Part shown: piece by piece, positions 30,215 through 39,276 of the stretch
Layout: each line of letters starts with the position of its first letter
How positions within the stretch are numbered: position 1 is the stretch's first letter
From: Armatimonadota bacterium
Lineage (GTDB): Bacteria; Armatimonadota; SYMT01
Direction of reading: 5' to 3'
DNA: 64,000 bases
Assembly (NCBI GenBank): GCA_046292385.1
Contig: JBKBRF010000004.1
Span: 160,001-224,000 of the forward strand
Notes under the pieces: generated by a model
What the model was told of the DNA's origin: nothing
The model's database searches: none
Seen by the model: only the letters and a program-made list of their open reading frames with translations
Translations under genes and position numbers: made by a program

Positions 30215-30820
30215 CTACTTCTCTGGCGCCACGGCTTTCGGTTTCGTGCCTCTCTGCGGCGAATCGGCGTCACCGATCTGCGTCTCGAAGGGGACGGTCG
30301 TGGTGGCGATGCCGGTCTGCAGCTGCAACTCGCCCTTCTGCTTTCCGGTGACGGTGGGCGTAACCGGGATCTTCAGGGTCCAGGCCGCGCCGGGCGCCAT
30401 CTGCTGGTTGTACGCCCAGGTCTTGCCGCCGAAACCGAGCTGCGGAGTCGTGGGGGCGGGCTTCGGGTCGCCGAAGCTGAAGCGCTCCGCGGTGCTGGGG
30501 GAGACGCGGACGGCGTCGATGGTGAACGGCTCCCTCCCGGCGTTCCGCACCGTCAGGGTGAGGGTAAACGGCTTGCTCGGCGGGGTGCGGCTGGGGACCA
30601 CCGCCTCCGCGCGTAGGCCGGCGGGCGGCTGAGTGCGGGCGAGAAGCAGCATGCCGCCGTAGGCCGCCAGGGAGCCGAAGAGCACCAGGCCCGCGCAGCC
30701 GGAGCCGATGCCGACCGCCCACCGCGCCGGCTGGGGCCAGGTGCCGAACGGCCGGGGGGCGTCCTCCGGCCGTTCGGCAGGCGTCAGGCCGAGGTCGAAG
30801 CCGTCCGGGGTCGCGCTCAT
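30215..30820 (-). CDS. Single-pass membrane protein with Ig-like extracytoplasmic domain
   Basis: MSATPDGF start; one TM helix; beta-rich FTLTLTVRN domain. Confidence 0.65.
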   Translation of the reverse strand: MSATPDGFDLGLTPAERPEDAPRPFGTWPQPARWAVGIGSGCAGLVLFGSLAAYGGMLLLARTQPPAGLRAEAVVPSRTPPSKPFTLTLTVRNAGREPFTIDAVRVSPSTAERFSFGDPKPAPTTPQLGFGGKTWAYNQQMAPGAAWTLKIPVTPTVTGKQKGELQLQTGIATTTVPFETQIGDADSPQRGTKPKAVAPEK

Positions 30821-30938
30821 CGCCGCACCGCTCCCAGATCGGGAATCGCGCTGCGGAGGGACCGCCGGATTTGGGGCAGAATGCTGGTGTGTCTCATCGC
30901 TCACCCCTATCCTACGCCAGAAGCGCGGGAGGCGGCCG

Positions 30939-32297
30939 ATGCTCCAGGTGGATGGACCCAACTTGCGCCTTTGCAACCGGGTGAGCCGGCGCTCCATGCT
31001 GCAGGTCGGCTCGATCGGCGCGCTCGGGCTCTCGCTGCCCGCCTTCTTCCAGGCCCGCGCGGAGGCCGCGGCGCCGCGCGACCTCAACTGCATCATGCTC
31101 TGGCTCTGGGGGGCGCCGTCACACGTCGACACGTGGGACATGAAGCCGGACCAGCCCGCCGAGGTCCGGGGGCTCTGGCGCCCGATCCGGAGCAGCGTGC
31201 CGGGCATGGAGGCGGTGGAGCACCTGCCGCGGTTTGCGAAGCAGATGCGGCGCATCACGCAGGTGCGGACGATGCACAACGACGCGCCGGACCACCCTGA
31301 GGGCGCCGCCATCGCGCTCTCCGGCTTCAAGTTCGTGCCTGGCAAGCCGGACAAGGAAGGCCCGCACCTCGGCTCGGTGGTGGCGCGGTTCGCACGACCC
31401 GCCTCCACGCTGCCGCAGTACGTGGTGCTCGGGCGAGAGCTGTGGGACAACGGCGCGCGGGTTCCGGGGCAGTACGGCGGCTTCCTCGGCGGCGCGTATG
31501 GCCCGTTCCGGGTGGAGGATCCGCGCGTGGGGGTGGACCGCTTCCCCTCCCTCACGCTGCCGGCCGGGGTTACGCCGGAGCGGTTCGGCCGGAGAGACAC
31601 GCTGCGCCGCCAGCTCGATCACTTCCACGAGCAGGTCGAGAACCGCGATACGCGTTCGTTCGATGGCAGCACGCAGCAGGCGCTGAGCCTGCTCACCTCC
31701 AGCGAGGTGAAGAGCGCGTTCGATCTCTCCCAGGAGACTCCCGCCACGCGCGACCGGTACGGCCACTCCTTCTTCGGCCAGAGCTGCCTCGCGGCGCGGA
31801 GGCTGGTGGAGTCGGGCGTCCGCTACGTCCAGGTGAACTGGAGCCGGCACCCCGGCGCGGATGGCCTGGAAGGGTGGGACGTGCACGGCAACTTCGGCGG
31901 GGTGCTCACCGATTATCCCAAGAAGCAGTTCCCCACCTTCGACCAGGCCGCGCCGGCGCTGCTGGACGACCTGGCGGACCGCGGGCTGCTGGAGAACACG
32001 CTGGTGATCTTCGGGACGGAGTTCGGCCGGACGCCGCAGATCAACAAGTACGGCGGGCGCGACCATTGGTCGAGCTGCTACACGGTCATGTTCGCCGGGG
32101 CGGGCGTGGAAGGAGGGCGCGTGATCGGAGAGAGCGACGCCCAGGGCGCTTATCCCGCCACCCAGGCGTTCGGCACGCGAAACATGCTGATGAGCGTCTA
32201 CCAGCACCTGGGACTGGATACCACCGTGGAGCTGCGGCAGGCCGGCATCGTGGACCAGGACGCGCCGATCCCGGGGCTCTTCGGCAACGCCGGCTGA
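30939..32297 (+). CDS. DUF1501 family protein
   Basis: GAPSHVDTWDMKP, FGQSCLAARRLVE, WDVH, EFGRTP, GRDHW. Confidence 0.9.
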   Translation: MLQVDGPNLRLCNRVSRRSMLQVGSIGALGLSLPAFFQARAEAAAPRDLNCIMLWLWGAPSHVDTWDMKPDQPAEVRGLWRPIRSSVPGMEAVEHLPRFAKQMRRITQVRTMHNDAPDHPEGAAIALSGFKFVPGKPDKEGPHLGSVVARFARPASTLPQYVVLGRELWDNGARVPGQYGGFLGGAYGPFRVEDPRVGVDRFPSLTLPAGVTPERFGRRDTLRRQLDHFHEQVENRDTRSFDGSTQQALSLLTSSEVKSAFDLSQETPATRDRYGHSFFGQSCLAARRLVESGVRYVQVNWSRHPGADGLEGWDVHGNFGGVLTDYPKKQFPTFDQAAPALLDDLADRGLLENTLVIFGTEFGRTPQINKYGGRDHWSSCYTVMFAGAGVEGGRVIGESDAQGAYPATQAFGTRNMLMSVYQHLGLDTTVELRQAGIVDQDAPIPGLFGNAG

Positions 32298-32415
32298 GGC
32301 TGGCCCGTACCCTTGGGTAAGCTCACACCGTTGTACAGGAGCGGTGGCGCCGAAGGGTCGCGCAGCCCCGGCAGCGAACGGGTCGCCAGCGGCGCAGCGA
32401 GGGGAGGAGACGGGA

Positions 32416-33441
32416 ATGAGTGGTTTCTTCGGACGGTTGATGAACCAGTGGATCGAGGTGATCGAGTGGACCGATCCCACCAACAACACCATGGTCTACC
32501 GGTTCCCGGTGGCGAACAACGAGATCAAGATGGGGGCCAAGCTCACCGTCCGCGAGGGGCAGGTGGCGGTCTTCGTCAACGAGGGGCAGATCGCGGATGT
32601 CTTCGGCCCCGGTCTCTACACCCTCTCCACCCAGAACATGCCGGTGATGACGATGCTGCGGTCCTGGCCGCACGGCTTCAACTCGCCGTTCAAGGCGGAG
32701 GTCTACTACGTCAGCACCCGGCAGTTCACCGATCTGAAGTGGGGCACCGCCAACCCGATCCCAATGCGGGACGCGGACTTCGGTATGGTCCGCATCCGCG
32801 CCTTCGGCAGCTACGCCGTCCGGGTGACCGATGCCGCCAGGTTCATCCGCGAGGTGGTGGGGACCGACGGCCTCTTCCAGACCGGCGAGATCCACGGGCA
32901 GCTCCGCAACCTGGTGATGAACGAGTTCGCCAGCGCGCTGGGCGAGCTGCAGATTGCGGTGCTCGATCTCGCCGCGAACTACCGCCACCTCTCCCAGAAG
33001 ATCGAGCAGACCCTCGACCCGCACTTCGCGGAATACGGTCTCGACCTCACCAAGTTCCTGATCGAGAACATCTCCGTGCCGCCGGAAGTGGAAGCGGCGA
33101 TGGACAAGCGGTCGAGCATGGGGGTGGTCGGCGTGCGCGACTATGCGACTTTCCAGGCCGCCAACGCGCTGGAGACCGGCGCGGCGAACCCGGGCGGCGG
33201 CAGCCCCGCCTCAGACATGATGCAGATGATGGCCGGCATGGCGATGGGCCAGAAGATGATGCAGGGGCTCGACACCCCCGGCGGCGCGCCCGCGCCCGCG
33301 GCAGAGGCGCAGCCCGCGCCGCCCGCCGACACCCGCTCCGCCGCGGAGCGCCTGAAAGAGATCCACGCCCTCCACGAGGCCGGCATCCTCTCCGACGAGG
33401 AGTACGCCGCCAAGCGCGCGGAGCTGATCAAGCTGCTTTAG
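32416..33441 (+). CDS. SPFH/band-7 (YdjI-like) protein with C-terminal SHOCT domain
   Basis: IEVIEW, LTVREGQ, KWGTANP; GILSDEEYAAKRAELI. Confidence 0.85.
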   Translation: MSGFFGRLMNQWIEVIEWTDPTNNTMVYRFPVANNEIKMGAKLTVREGQVAVFVNEGQIADVFGPGLYTLSTQNMPVMTMLRSWPHGFNSPFKAEVYYVSTRQFTDLKWGTANPIPMRDADFGMVRIRAFGSYAVRVTDAARFIREVVGTDGLFQTGEIHGQLRNLVMNEFASALGELQIAVLDLAANYRHLSQKIEQTLDPHFAEYGLDLTKFLIENISVPPEVEAAMDKRSSMGVVGVRDYATFQAANALETGAANPGGGSPASDMMQMMAGMAMGQKMMQGLDTPGGAPAPAAEAQPAPPADTRSAAERLKEIHALHEAGILSDEEYAAKRAELIKLL

Positions 33442-33445
33442 GAAG

Positions 33446-33553
33446 GGTGCAGCGTTCAGGGGGTAGCGTGTAGGGCTGGCGGGGGCGGGGGTGACCTTCC
33501 GGCCAAGGCCGTTCCTGCTCCTGCTCTTACTCCTGCTCCTGCTCGCTGGCGAC
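33446..33553 (+). repeat. Composite heptamer + hexamer repeat element, copy 1
   Basis: Four heptamers (GGTGCAG CGTTCAG GGGGTAG CGTGTAG), then (CTCCTG/CTCTTA)n and CTCGCTGGCGAC; same layout at 59574. Confidence 0.7.
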
Positions 33554-33752
33554 CTGCGGATCTCCGCCGCGGAGCGGTTCAGGTGATCCCTCTCCTCACC
33601 GTGTCCGGGGGGCGGAGTGAACTCCGCGGTTCATTCCGCCGGCAGTCAACTGCCGGCGATCCTCGTTCTCACGGCAGCGTCTGGTACGAGAAGACGGGGG
33701 AGCCGCCATCTTGTGCGGCTCCCCCGTCTTCTCAAATCCCAGTTCCCGTTCG

Positions 33753-34325
33753 TTAGCGGATCAGCTCGAAGTTCTCCAGCGGCCAGTAGCGCACCCACGC
33801 CTTGGCCTGGATGTTGTCGATCGGGAGCTCGCCCCAGGCGCGGCTGTCGTTGCTGTTGTCCCGGTTGTCGCCCATTACGAAGACCATTCCGGGCTTGATC
33901 TTCTCCGCGGGGCGGTCGTCGTGCCACTCCCGGTGCAGGTACGGCTCGTCCAGCTGCTTGCCGTTTACGTAGACCTTGCTGTCGCGGATCTCCAGCGTCT
34001 CGCCCGGGAGGGCGACCACCCGCTTGATGAACGCGGTTTCCGGCTTGTGCGGGGGACGGAAGACGACCACGTCGCCGCGCTGCACGCCGCCGAGCAGGGC
34101 GACTTTGCTGCCGAGGAGGCGCTGGCCCGTCGCCAGGTTCGGCTCCATGCAGCTCCCGAAGACCTGATAACCCTGCACCAGGAAAGTCTGGCCGAAGAGG
34201 AAGAGGATCACGCTCAGGACCATCGCGTCCGCTACGGCGCGCCACTTGCGGCGGCGAGGGCGAATGACCACGTGCGTGGTGTCATCGACAGCGTGAACGG
34301 CAGGGTTTACAACTACGTCTTGCAT
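33753..34325 (-). CDS. lepB: Signal peptidase I (S26) with Cys at the catalytic Ser position
   Basis: TM anchor, VFGSCMEPNL box B, RGDVVVF, FIKRVVALPG, GDNRDNSNDSR. Confidence 0.9.
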   Translation of the reverse strand: MQDVVVNPAVHAVDDTTHVVIRPRRRKWRAVADAMVLSVILFLFGQTFLVQGYQVFGSCMEPNLATGQRLLGSKVALLGGVQRGDVVVFRPPHKPETAFIKRVVALPGETLEIRDSKVYVNGKQLDEPYLHREWHDDRPAEKIKPGMVFVMGDNRDNSNDSRAWGELPIDNIQAKAWVRYWPLENFELIR

Positions 34326-34597
34326 GAGCTCTCCGGCCGGACGGAGCGGTCTGGCGGCCCCACCGGCATAGTCGGACGCGTGCGCGGTCCGCTGGAACGG
34401 GCGTGGAGACAATTTCCTCCGGCGGCGCTTTCGTATCGCGGGATGCGTCGTTGCGTTCGGGCAGCCGGTGCGGGAGGGGGCCGTCCGGTCGCCGCCCACG
34501 CCCCTGCCGCCGTGGTGGCGGCGCGTGGAATGTCTCGCAGCATCAGTATAGACGACTGAGGGTGGGGTCTAGGTTTCCTTTCCGCGGCGGGCGGGTA

Positions 34598-35395
34598 TCA
34601 TCGCCGGATTCCCGCGGCAGTCCAGACGTAGGGCAGCCAACCGTGGATCGTCACCTCGAACGCCGGCGAAATGAGCGCGCGCAGCTCCTTTCGGGTGAAG
34701 CGATGGAAGAAGATCTCGCCGGAGTGGTGACCCTCACGCGGCGCCACCGGAGCCAGCGCCGGGCTGTACCGGTAAGCGGAGAGGGCGAGGCGGGCGCGCG
34801 GCTCGAGCGCGCGGTGCAGCTCGGACAGGGCGGCGCGGCGCAGCGCCTCGGAGGGGAGGTGCTGGAGCACGCTGCAGGCCAGCCCGCGCGTCGCCCAGCC
34901 GTCCCGCACCGGCAGCCGGGAGAGCTCCCCCTGCACCAGCAGCACGCGCTCGGAGGAGGGCAGCTTGCGGCGCAGCAGCTCCAGCGAGGCGGCGGAGTGG
35001 TCGACTCCGATCAGCGCTTCGCACCGGCCGGCCAACCGGGTGGTGAGGCGCCCCGTGCCGCAGCCGAGCTCCAGCACGCGGTCGGACGGGCCGCTCCGCA
35101 GCGGACGGAGCAGCGCCGGCGCCTCGAAGAGCGTGAAGAGGCGCAGCCCGAGGAGCCGGTCGTAAGCCTCCGCCTCGTGGTCGCGCCGCCGCGCTTCCGC
35201 GGCAAGCTCCCGGCGCTCCGCCTCCGATTCCGCGGCGGAGCGGGGCATCATCCGGAGCACCCCGGTGCGAAGGGGGAACGCGCGTCCGCACGCGGGGCAG
35301 CGCAGACCGTCCGGATCCGGCACCGGCGGGCCGGCGCCGTCGTCCGGGCAGCGCAGCGCGGACCTCAGCTCTGCCGGAATCGGGCTCAAGACCAT
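34598..35395 (-). CDS. Class I SAM methyltransferase with N-terminal Trm112-like zinc ribbon
   Basis: LRCPDD...LRCPACGRAFP; VLELGCGTG. Confidence 0.8.
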   Translation of the reverse strand: MVLSPIPAELRSALRCPDDGAGPPVPDPDGLRCPACGRAFPLRTGVLRMMPRSAAESEAERRELAAEARRRDHEAEAYDRLLGLRLFTLFEAPALLRPLRSGPSDRVLELGCGTGRLTTRLAGRCEALIGVDHSAASLELLRRKLPSSERVLLVQGELSRLPVRDGWATRGLACSVLQHLPSEALRRAALSELHRALEPRARLALSAYRYSPALAPVAPREGHHSGEIFFHRFTRKELRALISPAFEVTIHGWLPYVWTAAGIRR

Positions 35396-35448
35396 GAGAA
35401 AGCGCCCCAGCCGAAGCCGGGGCGCTCGAAGGTGGGGATTGGCCGCGG

Positions 35449-36162
35449 CTACTGCGCCGAGACCTGCGCCGGCTCGGACTGCGGGGACAGGGTGAGGTGG
35501 TCGAAGTCCTCGCCGGTGGCGCGGGAGACCTTGCGCTTGATGCGGGCGAGCGCGTTGTCAACCGACTTCGTCTTGCAGCGCAGCTCGTCCGCGATCTCCC
35601 GGTACGACTTGCCCAGCCGGTAGCCGGCCAGCACGCTCCACTCGAAGTCGCTCAGGAGCTGCTGCAGCATCTCCTGGCGGCTCTCGGTGTCCTCCCGCTG
35701 CAGGACCAGCTCTTCCGGATCCATGGTGTCATCCGTCTGCAGGATGTCCGACATGTTCCAGTCGCAGTAGTCGTCTTCGGAGGGGACTTCGAGGGAGAGG
35801 GAGGTGTTGAGGGGGAGCTGCTTCTGCCGGGTGGCCGCCTTGATGGCGGTGATGATGTGCCGGTGGATACAGACTTTGGCGAAGGCCGGGAACGAGGTGG
35901 CCTTGGCCGGCTTGTAGTCCACGATCGCCTGCCAGAGGCCGATCATGCCGACCTGGAGAAGGTCCTCCCGCTCGGCGCCGACCAGGAAGTAGGACTTCAC
36001 CTTGGAGCGCACCAGGTTGCGGTATTTGTAGAGCAGGTGCTCCGCCGCGTCCTGGTAACCACGCTGCGCCCGGAGAACTACGTCGGCATCGGGCCAGTTC
36101 GTGTAGCGGGACCAGTTGGACCCGTTCATGAAGTCGTCGCTAATATCGATCAGGCTTCTCAC
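35449..36162 (-). CDS. sigH: SigH-family RNA polymerase sigma factor
   Basis: YFLVGAEREDLLQVGMIGL, ITAIKAATRQKQLPLN, KSVDNALARIKRK; start could be ATG at 36129. Confidence 0.85.
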   Translation of the reverse strand: MRSLIDISDDFMNGSNWSRYTNWPDADVVLRAQRGYQDAAEHLLYKYRNLVRSKVKSYFLVGAEREDLLQVGMIGLWQAIVDYKPAKATSFPAFAKVCIHRHIITAIKAATRQKQLPLNTSLSLEVPSEDDYCDWNMSDILQTDDTMDPEELVLQREDTESRQEMLQQLLSDFEWSVLAGYRLGKSYREIADELRCKTKSVDNALARIKRKVSRATGEDFDHLTLSPQSEPAQVSAQ

Positions 36163-36899
36163 GCCGCCTCCTCACTACCTACCGCAATAGTTGAAGCACT
36201 GCTGCCGTGGCTGCCTAGCCACGTGCGCCGGACTCAATCTTGGTGCCGGCGTGCCGGCAGAACTACGTCGAAGCAGATCCGCTTCGGGGCTGCCGGCCCG
36301 TGGGGATCGGGGAGGCGGCGCCCGGCGAGACTTGATTCTGGGCTCTCCGGAGCAACGTCCGGCGGCGGTGGGAGGGGGCCACGCGGCGGGAGAGCGCTTT
36401 GGGACTACGTCGAAACTACTCCAAAAGAAGCGCCCGGTGGTGGACCGGTGATCGCTGGATCGCTCGCCGGCGGTGGGCTTGCCCTGCTATCCGGAATTAT
36501 ACAGACCGCCTGAGCGCTTGCCAAGTACCCGCTCGATGGACACTGTGATCCTAGTGAATGAGGACGCGGGGAGCTGCGAGCCCGGCTGCGCCGCTAGATT
36601 AAGGATCGCTAAGGAACACGCATCTGTCCGGTCCGAAGTTCCGCCAACCTAAAAAAGGAGGAGCCTCCTTGTGCCTGTTAACCAGGTTTCAGAGCGCAAT
36701 CGCAACAATCGTTGTTCGAGAGGCGCGGGGCAACACGCTGGACTGCCTGGCCGGGCGCGAAGCGGTGAGCCGGAGGTTATAGAGGCGGGCGTCTCCGCAG
36801 CGGCAAGCGCACCGGTCCCGTACCGCCGAATTGTAGGAAGATAAGCGGCGGTGCCGCGGCCGGGCGGCGGGCGCCGGTGCTCTGCTGGAAAGGATTCCC

Positions 36900-37901
36900 A
36901 TGCGGTACGACGTTTTCGGGATGTGCAACGCGCTCTTCGATCTCCAGGCGGAGGTGGACGATTCCACCCTCACGGAGCTGAATCTGGAGAAGGGCAGCAT
37001 GGTGCTGCTGGACGAGGAGCAGCAGCGGAGCATCGTCCCTCGGATCTACACGCACCTGGTCAACACCGAGGCCGGCGGCTCCGGCGCCAACACGATGTTC
37101 GGCGTGGCGCTCCTGGGGGGCACCGCCTGCTACACCAGCCGGGTGGGGAGCGACGAGCACGCGCAGCTCTACCGGCAGGGCCTGGAGGCGAAGGGCGTGA
37201 AGCCGAACCTCGGCAGCGGGGAGGGGGCGACCGGCGTGTCGCTGATCTTCGTCACTCCGGATGCCCAGCGCACGATGTGCACCTACCTGGGGCGCTCCCG
37301 CGAGCTGACCGCGGCGGACGTCAACCTGGAGGACCTCCGCCAGAGCCGCTACCTCTACGTCACCGCCTACCTGTGGGACACCGACAACCAGAAGGAAGCG
37401 GTGCTGCACGCCATGCGCGAAGCGAACCGGGCCGGTGTGCGGGTGGCGCTGAGCCTCTCCGATCCGTTCTGCGTGCACCGCCACAAAGACGAGCTCCTCG
37501 AGCTGATCCGGAACCATGTCGACGTGCTCTTCGGCAACTGGCACGAGGCTCAGACGCTCACCGATACGGAGACTCCCCGGGACGCGGTCCGCGCGCTGGC
37601 GCAGTACAGCGACGTGGCGGTGGTGACGATGGACGAGAAGGGCTCCCTCCTGCAGCAGGGGGAGCAGGTAGTGGAGGTGCCGGTCTACCCGGTGACGCCG
37701 GTCGATACCACCGGCGCCGGCGACATGTACGCCGCCGGGATCCTCTACGGCCTCACCCAGGGCTACTCCCTGGAAGTGACCGGCCGTATCGCCGCCTACG
37801 CCGCCGCCCAGGTGGTCGCCAAGCTGGGGCCCCGCCTGGAGGAGATCGACGAAGACGTGCTCCGCCGCCTCCGGACCGGAGCCGACCTCACCGAGATCTA
37901 G
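36900..37901 (+). CDS. PfkB-family kinase (adenosine/inosine kinase-like)
   Basis: GGSGANT, QRTMCTYLG, DTTGAGD. Confidence 0.9.
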   Translation: MRYDVFGMCNALFDLQAEVDDSTLTELNLEKGSMVLLDEEQQRSIVPRIYTHLVNTEAGGSGANTMFGVALLGGTACYTSRVGSDEHAQLYRQGLEAKGVKPNLGSGEGATGVSLIFVTPDAQRTMCTYLGRSRELTAADVNLEDLRQSRYLYVTAYLWDTDNQKEAVLHAMREANRAGVRVALSLSDPFCVHRHKDELLELIRNHVDVLFGNWHEAQTLTDTETPRDAVRALAQYSDVAVVTMDEKGSLLQQGEQVVEVPVYPVTPVDTTGAGDMYAAGILYGLTQGYSLEVTGRIAAYAAAQVVAKLGPRLEEIDEDVLRRLRTGADLTEI

Positions 37902-38051
37902 CAGACAAGCTCGCAGAGGGAAGATGAGAGAAGAGAGCAATTGATACCGGTGGGCCGGCTCTTCTCCCGTCTCCCTTCTACTCTCTCGCTTCTTCAAGTC
38001 TTGAAACCGGCAGTAACGGAGGAGCCCGGGGCGCCGCTCCCGCGGGCGGCG

Positions 38052-38627
38052 ATGTGGGCGCTTTGCGGCTGGCTGTGGGTTGCAGCGGCTTCCCAGGTGT
38101 TCTTTCTGGCGCACTGGCCGATGTACCTGTACGGGGTAAGCATCGAGCGGCTCCCGGCGCTGGGGGTGGCGCTGCTCCGGATGGCGGTCTACAGCAGCCT
38201 GGCGTGGGGGATTGCGCAGCGCGCCCCGGCCGCGTGGGGCGCGACCATCCTGGAGCTGTGGCGCTCCCTGCTCGCGCTGCTGGTGGTAATGGTCGTGCGG
38301 AGCTCCGCGGGCGGGGGAGACTTCTACCCGGCGGCGTGGGCCCAGGGGCTGCTGAGCGGAGCGCTCCCGAGCCTGTTCCTGGTGAGCGCGGCGCTCTGGA
38401 GCGGCTGGCGACCGGGCGGGGAGCTGGAGCTGGCGGTCGCGGTGGCGGTCCGGCTGCTTGCCGGCGGGGCCGGAGTGGCCGCGATCTGGCTGCGATCCGC
38501 GTACTGCTGGTTCGGAGCGCCCGCGCCGACGTGGCGCGCGGTCGGCGCCTGCGGGGCGGGCGGCGCGGCCTGGCTGCTCGCCGCGGAGCTTGCGGCGGTC
38601 TGGTGGTCGCTGCGGGGCGGAGGATGA
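38052..38627 (+). CDS. Hypothetical membrane protein (start uncertain)
   Basis: Several hydrophobic helices; stop overlaps the next ATG. Confidence 0.55.
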   Translation: MWALCGWLWVAAASQVFFLAHWPMYLYGVSIERLPALGVALLRMAVYSSLAWGIAQRAPAAWGATILELWRSLLALLVVMVVRSSAGGGDFYPAAWAQGLLSGALPSLFLVSAALWSGWRPGGELELAVAVAVRLLAGGAGVAAIWLRSAYCWFGAPAPTWRAVGACGAGGAAWLLAAELAAVWWSLRGGG

Positions 38628-39181
38628 TGCGCGCTTGGCGAGCCAGTTCGGGGCTGGGAGTGCTCTCCTGGGTGGGGATGGCGTGCGTCTACTCCGCCGC
38701 GCTCTGGCTGCTGGGCCTGTTCCTGAGCGCCTTCGGCGGGTGGCCGGAGGGCGCGGTGGCGATGGCGCTCCGGATGGCCGGCACCCTGGCGCTCGGCGTG
38801 GGCCTCTGCGCGTTGGAGCGCTGGGCCTGGGCCACCGCCGTCTGCCTCGCCGGGCTTTACGCGGTGGTGAGCGTGGGGTGGGCGGCGACCGCCGGCTGGG
38901 CGTGGCTCTCGGCGCGGCCGGGGACCCTCTCCTGGATGCCGGTGTTCCTGGGCCTGAACCTGGAGAGCTGCGCCCGGCTCTCCGTGCTGGCGGTGGCGGC
39001 CGCCCTGGTGAGCGGCGGTCTCTGTTATCTGCTCTGGCGCGCGCAGCCGGAGTACGACGTCCCCTACCGGCGCCCGTACACGGTGCTCTTTCAAGATGGC
39101 GCGCCTAGGGCGCTGCTGCTGGTGGCGATCGACGCCTTCCTCGGCGCCGCCTGGTGGGCCGCCGCCGCGGTCGGCGGTTGA
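38624..39181 (+). CDS. Hypothetical membrane protein
   Basis: MMRAWRAS start; about five TM helices; lies directly before the plsY fusion. Confidence 0.6.
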   Translation: MMRAWRASSGLGVLSWVGMACVYSAALWLLGLFLSAFGGWPEGAVAMALRMAGTLALGVGLCALERWAWATAVCLAGLYAVVSVGWAATAGWAWLSARPGTLSWMPVFLGLNLESCARLSVLAVAAALVSGGLCYLLWRAQPEYDVPYRRPYTVLFQDGAPRALLLVAIDAFLGAAWWAAAAVGG

Positions 39182-39276
39182 TCCGGCCCCGCGCAGAACG
39201 GCGTTCCCCCCGCGGCCGGGTGGGGGTATGATTGCTCGAACAGGAGGAGCCGATCGGCGGCTCCTGTGGTACGAAT

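Noticed and set aside
34548..34578. ECF-type promoter upstream of lepB (GAAAC...CGTCTA)
   Set aside because: Spacer is 2 bp longer than at the other two candidate sites; not supportable
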